Positions 8,443 through 18,475 of a stretch of 64,000 nt of DNA are shown in pieces. The stretch's first letter is position 1, and each line of letters opens with the position of its first letter. Source of the stretch: Acinetobacter phage Ab1-TPeters; sequence record PP763253.1, one strand, 5' to 3'. A program made the translations under genes and the position numbers. The notes beneath the pieces were generated by a model, which saw only the letters and a list, made by a program, of their open reading frames with translations, had not been told where the DNA came from and searched no databases.

Positions 8443-10422
8443 ATGTCTAATGAGATTAAAATCCACAAGTTGGAGTTTCCTGAAAACGTTCGTCAATTGA
8501 CGGGGATGTACCTAGGTGTTACAGATAACTTCACAACTCCGCTTCGTGAGATTATCAACAACGCTACAGATGAAATGTTAAACGGTCACGCTAACTGGAT
8601 TGACATCATCAATAAAGACACTCACAAAATGGTCATTGATAATGGTCGTGGCTTACCTGTCTACGTTGACCCAGATGAGCCTGAGAAGACAATCGCTCAT
8701 ACTACGATCACCTCACTTCACTCTGGCTCTAAATTTGTTGAATCGTCTGAAATTACTTCAGGTATCCATGGTTTAGGTGCGTCAGCTACATCTGCTGTAT
8801 CAACTAAATATTATATTGCGGTAAATCTCAAGAAGAAAGATATATCTACGACTTTACCGTGGATTCAAGAAGCTGCTAAGTCTCTTGAAAATCCGATTTA
8901 CCTGTTATGTTGTAAGCAAGGTTACTTTGTTGAGGACATGGTTCTCGATGGTGTTCAACAGCTTTCTGAATACGTCTCAAATGAAGAAGTTCGTCCTGAT
9001 TTCTCAACAGCTATCTACTTTGAGCCTGATACTGAGATCTATACTTCAGGTAAAGCTTCAGTAAGTTTACTTCCACTTCAAATTATCTTAGCTCGCAAAG
9101 ATGGTCTGGAAATCAACGTAAACGGCAATCTGATCGAGAAGTTTGACTTCAATAAAGAAGTAGCGAAAGGTGCTAAGTTATTCTTAGATGAAAAGGTTGA
9201 CTTTGAATACCGCTTCAATTCTCAGTTAACAGTATCTGGTTCAATTGGTTACGATAACGACCATGCCAGCTACAACAACGTTACCTTGATCAACTTGATT
9301 GAGAATACACAAGGTGGCTTTCTTGAACGTCGAATCTGCACTGCTCTTGGTCAGGCACTTTCTGCTATCAATAACGCTATCCAACCAGCTGATGCTAAGA
9401 TTGGTTTAATTCTGTTCAATAGCTCGTTCTCTTCATATAAGATGTCATTCTCCTCTCAGACTAAAGAGAAGTTGACTAATCTGGGTGAGACTTCACTTGA
9501 GCAAGTTAAGAAACGCTTACTGGCTAACGGTGTTTCAGAAAGCGAAGTTGATGCTGAAGCAGGTAAGACTTACTTGTATGAAAATCACTTCGTAGCTGGG
9601 TTACGTGATTACTTCATTGAGCTTATTAAGAAGAATCGTGAGTACTTTGATGCAATCATCTCGAAGATCATTGAGTATAAGCGTGCTCTGAATAAACTAT
9701 CTAACCAGGACTTCTTGAAGTCTAAGTTGATTATGGGTGACTCAGATCGAGATCGTGCCCGTCAGTCAGCTGAGATGGCTAAAGTATATGAAGCTCGCTC
9801 TCGTAAGTTTGCTGAGCGTGAACTGTACGTTACGGAAGGTTTATCTGCATCTGGTCACTTGATTAAGTATCGGAATAAAGACACTCAGTCAGTTCTTCCA
9901 CTTCGTGGTAAGATGAAGAACTCTATTAATATGGACTCGGTTGATCTTGTTGAGAATGGTGAGTTACTTGCTATTATCAATACAATTGGTTGCGGTATTG
10001 GATCACTTACAGATGTATCGAAGTCACGTTATGGTAAGATCATTATCTGTACAGATGCCGATTCAGATGGTCTTCACATCAGTAACTTGATCTTGGCTGT
10101 CTTCTTGAAGCACTGCCCAGAGTTAATTGAAGCTGGAATGTTGTATAAGCTTGAGACTCCATACTATGTAGTTGACGGCAATAAATACTTCTACTATCAT
10201 GAGAAAGACCAGATTGATTTTGAGAAATCTAAAGTTGAGAAACGTAAAGGTCTAGGTGCGTACACTCCTGAAGAAGCTAAGAAATTCATGTTATCTAAAG
10301 ATCGTCGACTAGTCCAAATCGTTATGGATGAAGATGAGGAAATCTTGAAAGAAGCTGAAACTCTTCTGTTCTCACCTAACTCGCGTAAGCAATTAATGAT
10401 CGATCTTGGTATTCTGGCGTAA
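8443..10422 (+). CDS. DNA topoisomerase II large subunit (GyrB-like ATPase + TOPRIM; T4 gp39-type)
   Basis: GHKL ATPase motifs 'EIINNATDE' and 'GIHGLGASA', plus TOPRIM motifs 'YVTEGLSASG' and 'CTDADSDGLHI'. Confidence 0.75.
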   Translation: MSNEIKIHKLEFPENVRQLTGMYLGVTDNFTTPLREIINNATDEMLNGHANWIDIINKDTHKMVIDNGRGLPVYVDPDEPEKTIAHTTITSLHSGSKFVESSEITSGIHGLGASATSAVSTKYYIAVNLKKKDISTTLPWIQEAAKSLENPIYLLCCKQGYFVEDMVLDGVQQLSEYVSNEEVRPDFSTAIYFEPDTEIYTSGKASVSLLPLQIILARKDGLEINVNGNLIEKFDFNKEVAKGAKLFLDEKVDFEYRFNSQLTVSGSIGYDNDHASYNNVTLINLIENTQGGFLERRICTALGQALSAINNAIQPADAKIGLILFNSSFSSYKMSFSSQTKEKLTNLGETSLEQVKKRLLANGVSESEVDAEAGKTYLYENHFVAGLRDYFIELIKKNREYFDAIISKIIEYKRALNKLSNQDFLKSKLIMGDSDRDRARQSAEMAKVYEARSRKFAERELYVTEGLSASGHLIKYRNKDTQSVLPLRGKMKNSINMDSVDLVENGELLAIINTIGCGIGSLTDVSKSRYGKIIICTDADSDGLHISNLILAVFLKHCPELIEAGMLYKLETPYYVVDGNKYFYYHEKDQIDFEKSKVEKRKGLGAYTPEEAKKFMLSKDRRLVQIVMDEDEEILKEAETLLFSPNSRKQLMIDLGILA

Positions 10423-10438
10423 TAAGGAACAAATTAAA

Positions 10439-11698
10439 ATGACTGCACAAGTAAATGTATCAGAATTTCTGACAAACAACTATGGTGAATACGGTTCTTA
10501 TGTGAACATTCACCGAGTGTCGGCAGGTGTGGATGGGCTCAAGCCCGTTCAACGTCGAATCTTGATTGCTCTTAATCAAGCTGCACGTGGTAAGTTGATT
10601 TCAACAGTAAATGCGATTGGTGCTACAATTGCATATCACCCTTTCGGTGACCAATCGATTGAGGGTGTTATTAATGACATGGCTCGTGTAGGTGTAATTG
10701 AGTCTCAAGGTGACTTCGGTGCTAAGTTGATGGAGAACATTTCTGCAGCTGCTGGCCGATATACTAAATGTGGTTTATCTGCAGCTAAAGCAGATCAGCT
10801 TTTTAACTTGGTTAACTACGTTCCGAAGATTGAAGGTGAAGAGAAGATTGAGCCAATGTATCTTCCAGTTCCAGTTCCATTCGCTTTGGTAACTGGATCA
10901 TTATGCTGGGGACTTGGAATGCTTGATCGTATTCCAGCATTCACTTATGAGTCACTTCTGGAAGCTTATAAACATGATGATCCTACTTTGCTTGAAGCAC
11001 AGTATGGATACATCATGGATAAGACTAAATCAGAATTACACCGACTCTGGAACGAAGGTGTTGGTAGAATCTATCTATCATATCAAGTAATTCGCCCATC
11101 TAAAGATGAGATCTTGATTACTGGTTCAGGTGAGGCATTTACTCCGAAACTTGAATGCTTCAAAAATCTCCAGCTTGATGGTCAGATTTTAGTTACAGAT
11201 GAGTCAGACTCAGACGTAGCTATTCGTATCTCGCGTGTCTCAGGTGCTCGTAAGGTGAATATGGACGAGGTTTATGAGGAAGCTAAACGAGTTGCCTCTC
11301 ACTTCAAACATTACACACTTCGCATGAGCTTAAATGGTAAAGCTCGCCGAGTAAGTATCAAAGCTTGGTTAGAAATCTGTATGAAGTTATACTCAGATGC
11401 CTTCAACAAGGCTAAAGAGAATGACATCACCCAGTTGAATAAATCAATTGAGGTGTTTACACGACTTCCTGAAATCGGTAAGATGGTTATTGCTGGTAAA
11501 TCAAATGAGGAGATTATTTCCACATTGAAGATCGGTGAGGATATCTTATCTGCAGCGTTGAAGAAGTCTATCAACCAGCTACGTCGAGATTCGTTCGAAT
11601 CCGAGATTGAAAGTTTACGTCAAAAGCTGAAAAATGTAGAAGAGTCAACTGTTGAGAAAGAAGTTGTCAAATTCAAAGATTTGTTCAAGAATCTTTAA
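10439..11698 (+). CDS. DNA topoisomerase II DNA-cleavage subunit (GyrA-like; T4 gp52-type)
   Basis: Canonical 'DGLKPVQRRIL' plus an active-site Tyr context 'RYTKCGL'. Start placed at the ATG at 10439; the track start is a non-ATG overlap. A terminator hairpin follows. Confidence 0.75.
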   Translation: MTAQVNVSEFLTNNYGEYGSYVNIHRVSAGVDGLKPVQRRILIALNQAARGKLISTVNAIGATIAYHPFGDQSIEGVINDMARVGVIESQGDFGAKLMENISAAAGRYTKCGLSAAKADQLFNLVNYVPKIEGEEKIEPMYLPVPVPFALVTGSLCWGLGMLDRIPAFTYESLLEAYKHDDPTLLEAQYGYIMDKTKSELHRLWNEGVGRIYLSYQVIRPSKDEILITGSGEAFTPKLECFKNLQLDGQILVTDESDSDVAIRISRVSGARKVNMDEVYEEAKRVASHFKHYTLRMSLNGKARRVSIKAWLEICMKLYSDAFNKAKENDITQLNKSIEVFTRLPEIGKMVIAGKSNEEIISTLKIGEDILSAALKKSINQLRRDSFESEIESLRQKLKNVEESTVEKEVVKFKDLFKNL

Positions 11699-11706
11699 TC
11701 ACAATG

Positions 11707-11742
11707 GACTGGGTCATTAAGGCTCAGTCCACTTTTATTTTA
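11707..11742 (+). terminator. terminator-like hairpin (GGACTGGGTCATTAAGGCTCAGTCC + ACTTTTATTTTAT)
   Basis: After the topoisomerase genes. Confidence 0.55.
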
Positions 11743-11757
11743 TCTGGAGTATTTATA

Positions 11758-13254
11758 ATGAAGCCTAAACTTAAAGTAGGTCTTACTTGCAATGGTGGCA
11801 TGATTCGTGGTATTTTCAAAGAAGAAATGAGCCACGCTAACTCAGCAGTTCTCGACAGTGTTATCTATAAAATGTTAGATCGTTTATACGATGTTACTTT
11901 TTATTTACTCAAACCTGCAGCTATGCGAACTACAGAAAAGCTTCTTATGAAAAAGCAAGCTGAAGGTGACGAATTTGCACTGCGTTTTGATCTAACTTAT
12001 AAAAAGGATGTTTCAGAATATCCTAAACATCTTGATCTAATTTTTGCTGGGCAAGGCTCAGATGTTTTGTTAATGACTGGTAATTTCCAGGGTGGTAAAT
12101 TCACTCATGCATTTAGCTACTTCTACACTTTAGCTATGTATCCAGAAGTCCCAGTGTTTGCTATTCAAACTGATTTTGTGACATATTTCCCAGTTACGGA
12201 AAGTTATGGTCACGGCATCTTTACAGGCATGTTTCCAGACCTTTTTGCGAATCGAGGGATGTTTATTATTCCAATGGGGACAACGCCCCAAGACAAGCAT
12301 ATTTATTTCGAAAGAAAGGCTGCAAACAGCTTACCAACACATAATTTTATGTTTACGTCTGTCGATCAACAGTTTATGATTGAACCAGACTGGAGTGATG
12401 CACGTGAGGTGCCTGAGCAAGTCAAAGGTGTAGCATTTGCTGGTAAGGATAGAACTCAAGGTAATCGACTAGGCTCATTCTTAGCCATGTCAAGAAGTGC
12501 ACCTAACGTTCCATTCTTTTTAATTGGTAAGTGGGATTCACAAGGTGCTGTTAATAATATCAAGAATTTTAGCGGTGGCAATGTAACAACAACTCCAAAG
12601 GCAGTTGACCATCATGAAGTTTTAGATTATTATAACGAATATGGCTTCACTGCTTATCTAAGCTGTGTTGAATATCGTAACTGTGCTACTATTACTTCAC
12701 GTTTTACTGACTCGTTAAAAGCAGGTGCAATTCCATTAATCTGGAAAGATGAGGCTGCTACATTTAAGAAGTACTTTGATCCATCTGTTATTGATCGAAT
12801 TACTGTAGATGAGAACAATGGCGCTGACGTAATAGCTTCACTTCAAGATTACTCAGAACGTGTTGAAATTATTAAATATTTGAAGTCACGTTACGAAGAG
12901 CTTCATAAGTTAGTCATTCCAGAAATTGAGGACTACTTAGTTAAAGTAGTTGAGTCAGCAGATGATCTATTTACTCCAATGACTTCAGCTGAATTAGCTA
13001 AACACATTAAGCACCACTTCATGACTCGAAAGAGTCGCCCATTCAAAGAGGAAGATGCTAATAACATTGCTTGCTCAAATGTCCAGTTCATCGGTAAATC
13101 ATTTGATGAGATTAAACATGCCCTACCTTATTCTACTAAGATTCACATGGGTCTATATGGAGTCGCTCGTGATCGTGAGACTTGGGATGATATGCCAGAA
13201 GCTGTAGATAAAGAAGTTACTCGTTTAATGGAATTCTTGCAAGCTCGTAATTGA
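11758..13254 (+). CDS. hypothetical protein (possible DNA-modification accessory)
   Basis: About 498 aa from the ATG at 11758, after a 'TCTGGAGTA' RBS-like element. No recognisable motif. Located between the topoisomerase and two glycosyltransferases. Confidence 0.45.
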   Translation: MKPKLKVGLTCNGGMIRGIFKEEMSHANSAVLDSVIYKMLDRLYDVTFYLLKPAAMRTTEKLLMKKQAEGDEFALRFDLTYKKDVSEYPKHLDLIFAGQGSDVLLMTGNFQGGKFTHAFSYFYTLAMYPEVPVFAIQTDFVTYFPVTESYGHGIFTGMFPDLFANRGMFIIPMGTTPQDKHIYFERKAANSLPTHNFMFTSVDQQFMIEPDWSDAREVPEQVKGVAFAGKDRTQGNRLGSFLAMSRSAPNVPFFLIGKWDSQGAVNNIKNFSGGNVTTTPKAVDHHEVLDYYNEYGFTAYLSCVEYRNCATITSRFTDSLKAGAIPLIWKDEAATFKKYFDPSVIDRITVDENNGADVIASLQDYSERVEIIKYLKSRYEELHKLVIPEIEDYLVKVVESADDLFTPMTSAELAKHIKHHFMTRKSRPFKEEDANNIACSNVQFIGKSFDEIKHALPYSTKIHMGLYGVARDRETWDDMPEAVDKEVTRLMEFLQARN

Positions 13255-13326
13255 GCTTAAAAGCTGTTTTGCTGTAGGTAGCGAGAGTTGCCTGCAGCTT
13301 TTTATTTAGCATTTACTGGAGTAAGC

Positions 13327-14484
13327 ATGGCTAAAATATTAATAATCTCAGACAACTATGTGCCGTTGCTGAAAGATAAAGTAATGGGTGGAGCTGAAGC
13401 TACTCTCATGAACCAGTTAGCTATCCTAACTGAAAAAGGACATGAAATCCGAGTTATTGCCCCAGATGATTCAGATATTGATTTGAAGCAATTAGTTCCA
13501 ATTGGGGAATATTCTAAAGTTTGGTATAATGAAATTGGTTCAGGTGCTCCACGTACTTTGAATAAATTAACTAACCAAGCTATTGATAATGAGATGCGGT
13601 TCTTTAAACCAGATCTGGTTTTGAATCACCATAAACAACCCTCTGTAATTAAGCATCTGTCCCTCTACTCTAAGACAGTTCCTGTTGTTTCTCATGTTCA
13701 CAATGCACCTATCTTTGGTATGCTAAGTGTTAATACTAATAAGGCTTATGCTCAACTAGCTCAAGCTAGAGGTAAGAACTGGGGAGTATCTGGCTGGTGT
13801 ACTCGAATGAACAACGGTTTAGTTGACGGTTGTGTTACTGATACATTCATTATGCAGATTGCACTTGAACGTAAGACAGTTAATCTTCCTGAATACTCTG
13901 CAGTTACTGTAGGACGTTTCGTTGATTGGAAGAACTTACATACTGGTATTGAAGCAATTACTTCAGGTAAGCTATCTGGCCGAGTTGTAGGCTATTCAGA
14001 AGACCCTGAAGATGACTACTGGTTAACTAAGATTAAGCCACTAGTGGAAGGCAATGAGAACTGGCTGACTGGGATCACTCATGCTGAGACTATGGACGTG
14101 GTATCTAGAGCAGTTGTATTCCTCCAGACTTCTCATTTAGAAACTTCGTCATGTACTCAATTTGAAGCAGCTCAACACGGAGTGCCTTCAATTGTTGTAA
14201 CTAAACGAAATGGACATGGTTCATTTGAAGACTCGTTCCTCCCAGACTGGGCTTATATTGAATTAGATAACTACCGTAAGGGTGGTGCATTTACCACTGA
14301 CAAGTTTGTTGAATTATATAACTTGTGGTTTAATTCAGAAACTGGCACCAGCTTGCCTGACTATACTCAACTTGAAGTTCGTCAAAAATTGGCTGATTAT
14401 ATCTACGATAACTTTAATAAAGAAGTCTGGTATTCTAAGTTCGTAGCTAAAGTTAATGATTCATTCAAAGGACAAATTCTGTGA
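13327..14484 (+). CDS. GT4-family (GT-B fold) glycosyltransferase
   Basis: The N-terminal 'KILIISDNYVPLLKDKVMGGAEATLMNQLAILTEKGHEIRVIAP' is typical of GT4 donor-binding N-domains. Start chosen at the ATG after 'ACTGGAGTAAGC'. Confidence 0.55.
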   Translation: MAKILIISDNYVPLLKDKVMGGAEATLMNQLAILTEKGHEIRVIAPDDSDIDLKQLVPIGEYSKVWYNEIGSGAPRTLNKLTNQAIDNEMRFFKPDLVLNHHKQPSVIKHLSLYSKTVPVVSHVHNAPIFGMLSVNTNKAYAQLAQARGKNWGVSGWCTRMNNGLVDGCVTDTFIMQIALERKTVNLPEYSAVTVGRFVDWKNLHTGIEAITSGKLSGRVVGYSEDPEDDYWLTKIKPLVEGNENWLTGITHAETMDVVSRAVVFLQTSHLETSSCTQFEAAQHGVPSIVVTKRNGHGSFEDSFLPDWAYIELDNYRKGGAFTTDKFVELYNLWFNSETGTSLPDYTQLEVRQKLADYIYDNFNKEVWYSKFVAKVNDSFKGQIL

Positions 14485-15593
14485 ATATTTTAATTGTTCA
14501 CTCCTACTTCCATGAATTAGGAGACCTAAATAAACCAGCTGGAGGTATTGAAACTCACACTGCTGGTTTATATAAAGCACTTACTCTTCTAGGTCATGAC
14601 GTAACTATTGCTGCAACTAAAGACTCTAAGTTACAAAAAGATATTAAATTCTTACCTATTGACAATAATTGTAAAGACGCTTCTGAAGGACGTTATTCTC
14701 AAGTTCTTGGTTACGAAAAGGTTACTCAGGAAATCTTAGATGGTGAATTTGATGTGGTTTTAAATAATAACCCGTCTATCTCAGCAATGAAGATAATTGA
14801 TACAGCTTGCCAATTCGCTGGAATAAAACACTTCTACTTTATTCATCAAGTTATTGAAGGCATTTCAGCTAAGTCAGCTATTGATGCTTTGAATCGCAGT
14901 CAAGCTGAACTTATTGCGGTTAGTTCGTATGTCGCTTCTCAAGTACGAAGTCAAGGATATACTGCTGGGCGGATTAAGGTTGTTAACTCAACCTTTGCTG
15001 AACCTGTTGAAAGTATTGTTCCATTTAGATATGAGAAGCAAGCAGTAATGTGTTGCCGAGTAGTTAAGATCCGTGAAGTTTTGTTAGCTGTAAAGACCTT
15101 TGGTGAACTACTTCCAGACTGGAACTTAATAGTTATTGGAGAAGGAGTAAATCACCCAGCTGAAATTCCTTACTTTAATCAAGTTAAAGAGGAAGCTGAG
15201 AAATATGAGAACGTAGACTTAGCTGGTCGTTTAAATCAGGATCAAGCTCACTGTATCATTGATCAATCTTCAGTCTTCTTGAATTTATGTCACTTCGAAG
15301 CCTTTGGTCTAGCTGCATTTGAAGCTCAGAAGTTAGGTATTCCAGTGGTTCACTTCTATAAGGGAGTTAAATCTGGAGTTAGTGACTTTATTCGTGATGA
15401 AGGACGTTATCCTAACACTGACACTGGTGTTGCAGTAAATGTTTCAGGTCTTCGTGAAACAGCACGTAAGAATGAGCTGAAAGAAGCCATCCTTAAGGCA
15501 ACTATGCTAGACAAAGGTTACATTAAAAAGCACTTCAGCAAGTACAGTTTGAAGTCATTTGCTGATGAATTAATGAGAATTATAGGAAGTTAA
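14481..15593 (+). CDS. GT4-family glycosyltransferase
   Basis: 'MNILIVHSYF...PAGGIETHTAGLYKAL..GHDVTIAA' at the N-terminus. A C-terminal 'EAFGLAAFEAQKLGIPVV' matches the GT4 E-x7-E motif. Confidence 0.65.
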   Translation: MNILIVHSYFHELGDLNKPAGGIETHTAGLYKALTLLGHDVTIAATKDSKLQKDIKFLPIDNNCKDASEGRYSQVLGYEKVTQEILDGEFDVVLNNNPSISAMKIIDTACQFAGIKHFYFIHQVIEGISAKSAIDALNRSQAELIAVSSYVASQVRSQGYTAGRIKVVNSTFAEPVESIVPFRYEKQAVMCCRVVKIREVLLAVKTFGELLPDWNLIVIGEGVNHPAEIPYFNQVKEEAEKYENVDLAGRLNQDQAHCIIDQSSVFLNLCHFEAFGLAAFEAQKLGIPVVHFYKGVKSGVSDFIRDEGRYPNTDTGVAVNVSGLRETARKNELKEAILKATMLDKGYIKKHFSKYSLKSFADELMRIIGS

Positions 15594-15595
15594 GT

Positions 15596-16072
15596 ATGTT
15601 TAATCCAGCTGAAGTGGTTCGTAAATACCGCTCAGCTTGGACTACTAACGAAGAGATCGAAGTAGAACAAGCTGTGTTTAGTAATTCTAAGATTCTGATA
15701 AAGCAGATGATTTACAGACTAAATAGATCACCTATTTCTCTGTTTCAACGACCTACCTTAAGAGATCGTGGTTATTTAATGAGTGAGTCAGAATCTGGTC
15801 ACGGTTACAATTTCTTATCTCCAGAAGGTAAGATGCTCTTGAATTTCAGAGAGATTAATCACATTGAGGCTGATTTCAATGCAATTGTTCGGAATGAAGA
15901 TCGAGTTAAAGACTGTGTATTGGAATTCAGAAAGACTAACAAGAGCTTGTCCGAGATCTCTCAAGAGTTCTTAACTATTAAGCCATTAATAATTGAAGCT
16001 CTTGTCAGCAAGGGCTTGATTGCAAAAGTAAAAGGTAAATATTACCGAATCGATTTATCCAATCCACTTTAA
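15596..16072 (+). CDS. hypothetical protein
   Basis: 158-aa ORF, no motif. Confidence 0.45.
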   Translation: MFNPAEVVRKYRSAWTTNEEIEVEQAVFSNSKILIKQMIYRLNRSPISLFQRPTLRDRGYLMSESESGHGYNFLSPEGKMLLNFREINHIEADFNAIVRNEDRVKDCVLEFRKTNKSLSEISQEFLTIKPLIIEALVSKGLIAKVKGKYYRIDLSNPL

Positions 16073-16082
16073 GAGAATTAAA

Positions 16083-16832
16083 ATGCCTAAATATATTGCT
16101 AACCCAGTTACAGTTGAAGCTACTCCAATGACTCGCCTTGAGTACAATAACCTACGTGGCTGGACTTTACCTTCCGATGAGAACGGTGATGACTTCGGTT
16201 ACTTAGTCACAGCTGATGGTCAAACTAACTGGTTACCTGAAGACCAGTTCAACTTACGTTACCATGCTCTTCCTGAAGCAGCTAAGACTTCCAACACTGT
16301 TACTAATGAATCGTTAGTAAATAAAATTAAGAAAGTTGACTATCTTCAACCAGAAGGTACTACTTTAACTATCTGTATCTTAACTGTTGAGAATGGATTT
16401 ACTTTCCGTGGTGAGTCAGCTTGTGCAGATCCTAATAACTTCAATAAAGAAACTGGTCGTCATTGGGCTTACAAAGATGCATTCTCTAAGATGTGGATGC
16501 CAGAAGGTTACTTACTTCGTCAAAAGATGCATGAGCGTGAACAATTAGGTCCAGATATTTGGGCAGATTTCCGCAGCTTACCAGCTCATGTTTTACGAAT
16601 GATTAAAGAGTGGGTTTGTTTAAATGATGCTACTAAGAAAGCTACTGATTTCTTAGCTCAAGAACAAAATAGTGAAACTGCTAAAGTAGGTATTTCAGAA
16701 GAAGATTGGAATCTACTAAAACAGCAAAATGATGCTCAATACGCTTACTTACGTGCCCTTTTAGCTCGTTTAGAAAAAGCTGGAGTTAGCTTTACTAAAT
16801 TGGATTCTGTGAAACTACCTAGCAGCTCTTAA
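16083..16832 (+). CDS. hypothetical protein
   Basis: 249-aa ORF, no motif. Confidence 0.45.
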   Translation: MPKYIANPVTVEATPMTRLEYNNLRGWTLPSDENGDDFGYLVTADGQTNWLPEDQFNLRYHALPEAAKTSNTVTNESLVNKIKKVDYLQPEGTTLTICILTVENGFTFRGESACADPNNFNKETGRHWAYKDAFSKMWMPEGYLLRQKMHEREQLGPDIWADFRSLPAHVLRMIKEWVCLNDATKKATDFLAQEQNSETAKVGISEEDWNLLKQQNDAQYAYLRALLARLEKAGVSFTKLDSVKLPSSS

Positions 16833-16862
16833 TTGAGTTCAACAGCTGTTTAAAGTACAATA
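16831..16862 (+). promoter_or_regulatory. motif-2 with partial upstream arm (AATTGAGTTCAACAGCTGTTTAAAGTACAATAAA)
   Basis: Upstream of the small basic ORF at 16891. Confidence 0.45.
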
Positions 16863-16890
16863 AACTCACAACTACACTGGAGTAGTAACA

Positions 16891-17037
16891 ATGGAAGAAT
16901 TTGATCTGCCTTATTTTGGTAAAACTCAGTCTAAGCATTACGCTGGTCAAAAGGCTGGCATTAAACCTCGCCAAGATAAAGCTCGAGCTGCATCTAAACG
17001 TGCACGCCAAGCTCGAAAGCTAAATCGCTCTAAATAA
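16891..17037 (+). CDS. small highly basic protein (48 aa)
   Basis: Not in the ORF track because it is under 60 aa. ATG after 'ACACTGGAGTAGTAACA'. Lys/Arg-rich C-terminus. Preceded by motif 2 and followed by a hairpin terminator. Confidence 0.3.
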   Translation: MEEFDLPYFGKTQSKHYAGQKAGIKPRQDKARAASKRARQARKLNRSK

Positions 17038-17040
17038 AAA

Positions 17041-17070
17041 CTAGGGAGCTAGCCTCCCTCCTTTAAATTA
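17041..17070 (+). terminator. terminator-like hairpin (GGGAGCTAGCCTCCC + TCCTTTAAATT)
   Basis: After the small basic ORF. Confidence 0.5.
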
Positions 17071-17091
17071 TAAACTTACTGGAGTAAGTAA

Positions 17092-17448
17092 ATGACTGGT
17101 CCAATTAATCAATCTAAAGACTTCAAGCAGTCTAATGAAACCAACCTAGTTAATATCGCTGTGAAAGTTGATGAAGCCTCAACTAACGTTGTGGCAGATA
17201 ACATCATTAAAATTCTCAAAGCATCTGATGAAGTGCGTGCTAACGACGAAATCATTCTAGCTGCTCTTCAAACACTGAAAGCTTCAGCTACTATCAGCAA
17301 CTTGACCTTTGATGGTTTCTCTGTTGTTAATGACAACTCCAGAACTACTAATGTTGAAGTTACTGGTGAAGGTGAAGTAGAAGGTCAAGGTATTGTTACT
17401 TCATCTCAAAATTACACTGGAGTTAAGGTATCTAACCCTTATGACTAA
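17092..17448 (+). CDS. hypothetical protein
   Basis: 118 aa. ATG after 'CTTACTGGAGTAAGTAA'. Confidence 0.4.
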   Translation: MTGPINQSKDFKQSNETNLVNIAVKVDEASTNVVADNIIKILKASDEVRANDEIILAALQTLKASATISNLTFDGFSVVNDNSRTTNVEVTGEGEVEGQGIVTSSQNYTGVKVSNPYD

Positions 17449-17557
17449 ATTCAACGCATTTAAAGTTGAAGGTGTAAATACTATCTCTATTTGCAATTCA
17501 ACGTTTGATTGTCGGGATCTACAAAAACCGAGAATTAAAATAAAAGTTAAGCAAGTC

Positions 17558-17603
17558 AAAACTCAAAATTGACCCCAAAAGCTGTTTAAAGTACAATAAA
17601 CCG
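17558..17603 (+). promoter_or_regulatory. extended motif-2 repeat (AAACTCAAAATTGACCCCAAAAGCTGTTTAAAGTACAATAAA)
   Basis: First of three near-identical ~45-nt copies in the RNA-rich region. Confidence 0.5.
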
Positions 17604-17974
17604 AGAGATCACCTCTCGTAGTAATTTTTACTTTAACTCAACATGAGGGTAAAATTATGAAATTTGCTCTAGTTTAATAATTAGGAATTAACATGTTTGG
17701 AATTTTGATTTTATTGCAAATCGTATTAAATTTTCCCATTAGTACGATTTCTGTAAAACAGTTCCCTAAACCCGCATCTTTCAAATCTTTCAACAAGTCG
17801 AGAGATTTCAAGATTTATAAGATGCACGATGGTCATTACCATCAAGTTTGGGAACGAAGTTGACCGTAAGGTCGCTGGGAAAATTTAGACCAACTTAGCC
17901 TCAAGTGCCGTAGAAATCGGTTAAATAAGCAACTCTGAGTGGACGTACAAACTTCACTGATGCAGCTTGAGATG

Positions 17975-18088
17975 AGAGTAAACACATGTGTGGTTAACGT
18001 GAGCGTAGCCATGTGTTTACTCTTAGGTAAGATTAGAAAATTCTGCAACTACATTTAACAGAGAATTTGGTCTGATCTTACCTAAGAG
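17975..18088 (+). repeat. two adjacent perfect 14-bp-stem hairpins sharing the junction (AGAGTAAACACATG/CATGTGTTTACTCT and CTCTTAGGTAAGAT/ATCTTACCTAAGAG)
   Basis: Read directly from the sequence in the ORF-free RNA-rich region. Candidate structured ncRNA or cis-acting site. Confidence 0.5.
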
Positions 18089-18237
18089 TAAATAAATCGA
18101 GATGATTAAGAACGACTGGAAGAAAGAAGCTGAGCTAAAGGCTTCGGTTAATCCAGTTCTAGTGAAGCTTGAGGGAGTAGAGCTAGCAGGGATTCCCTCA
18201 AATCTGAGGTTCTTGATTATCGCGATTTGTTTATTCA

Positions 18238-18280
18238 GAAACTCAAAATTGAGTTCAAAAGCTGTTTAAAGTGTAATCCA
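18238..18280 (+). promoter_or_regulatory. extended motif-2 repeat (AAACTCAAAATTGAGTTCAAAAGCTGTTTAAAGTGTAAT)
   Basis: About 120 nt upstream of tRNA-Arg. Candidate tRNA promoter. Confidence 0.5.
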
Positions 18281-18398
18281 CAAAGAATGGTAATTACTGC
18301 CTCACTTCAGTATTTTTAATCTTACTACCAGACTAAGTCTTTAGCTGGAGTAGAGGGTATTCCCTTAATTACCATTACTTTGTTGATTAGTCAGCAAT

Positions 18399-18475
18399 GC
18401 CTCGTTAGCTCAGTTGGATAGAGCATCCGCCTTCTAAGCGGAGGGTCACAGGTTCGAGCCCTGTACGTGGCGCCA
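18399..18475 (+). tRNA. tRNA-Arg (anticodon UCU)
   Basis: Cloverleaf read by eye. Acceptor GCCTCGT/ACGTGGC with one mismatch. D-arm GCTC..GAGC. Anticodon stem TCCGC/GCGGA with loop CTTCTAA. T-arm ACAGG-TTCGAGC-CCTGT. Encoded 3' GCCA. Coordinates +/-2. Confidence 0.8.
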
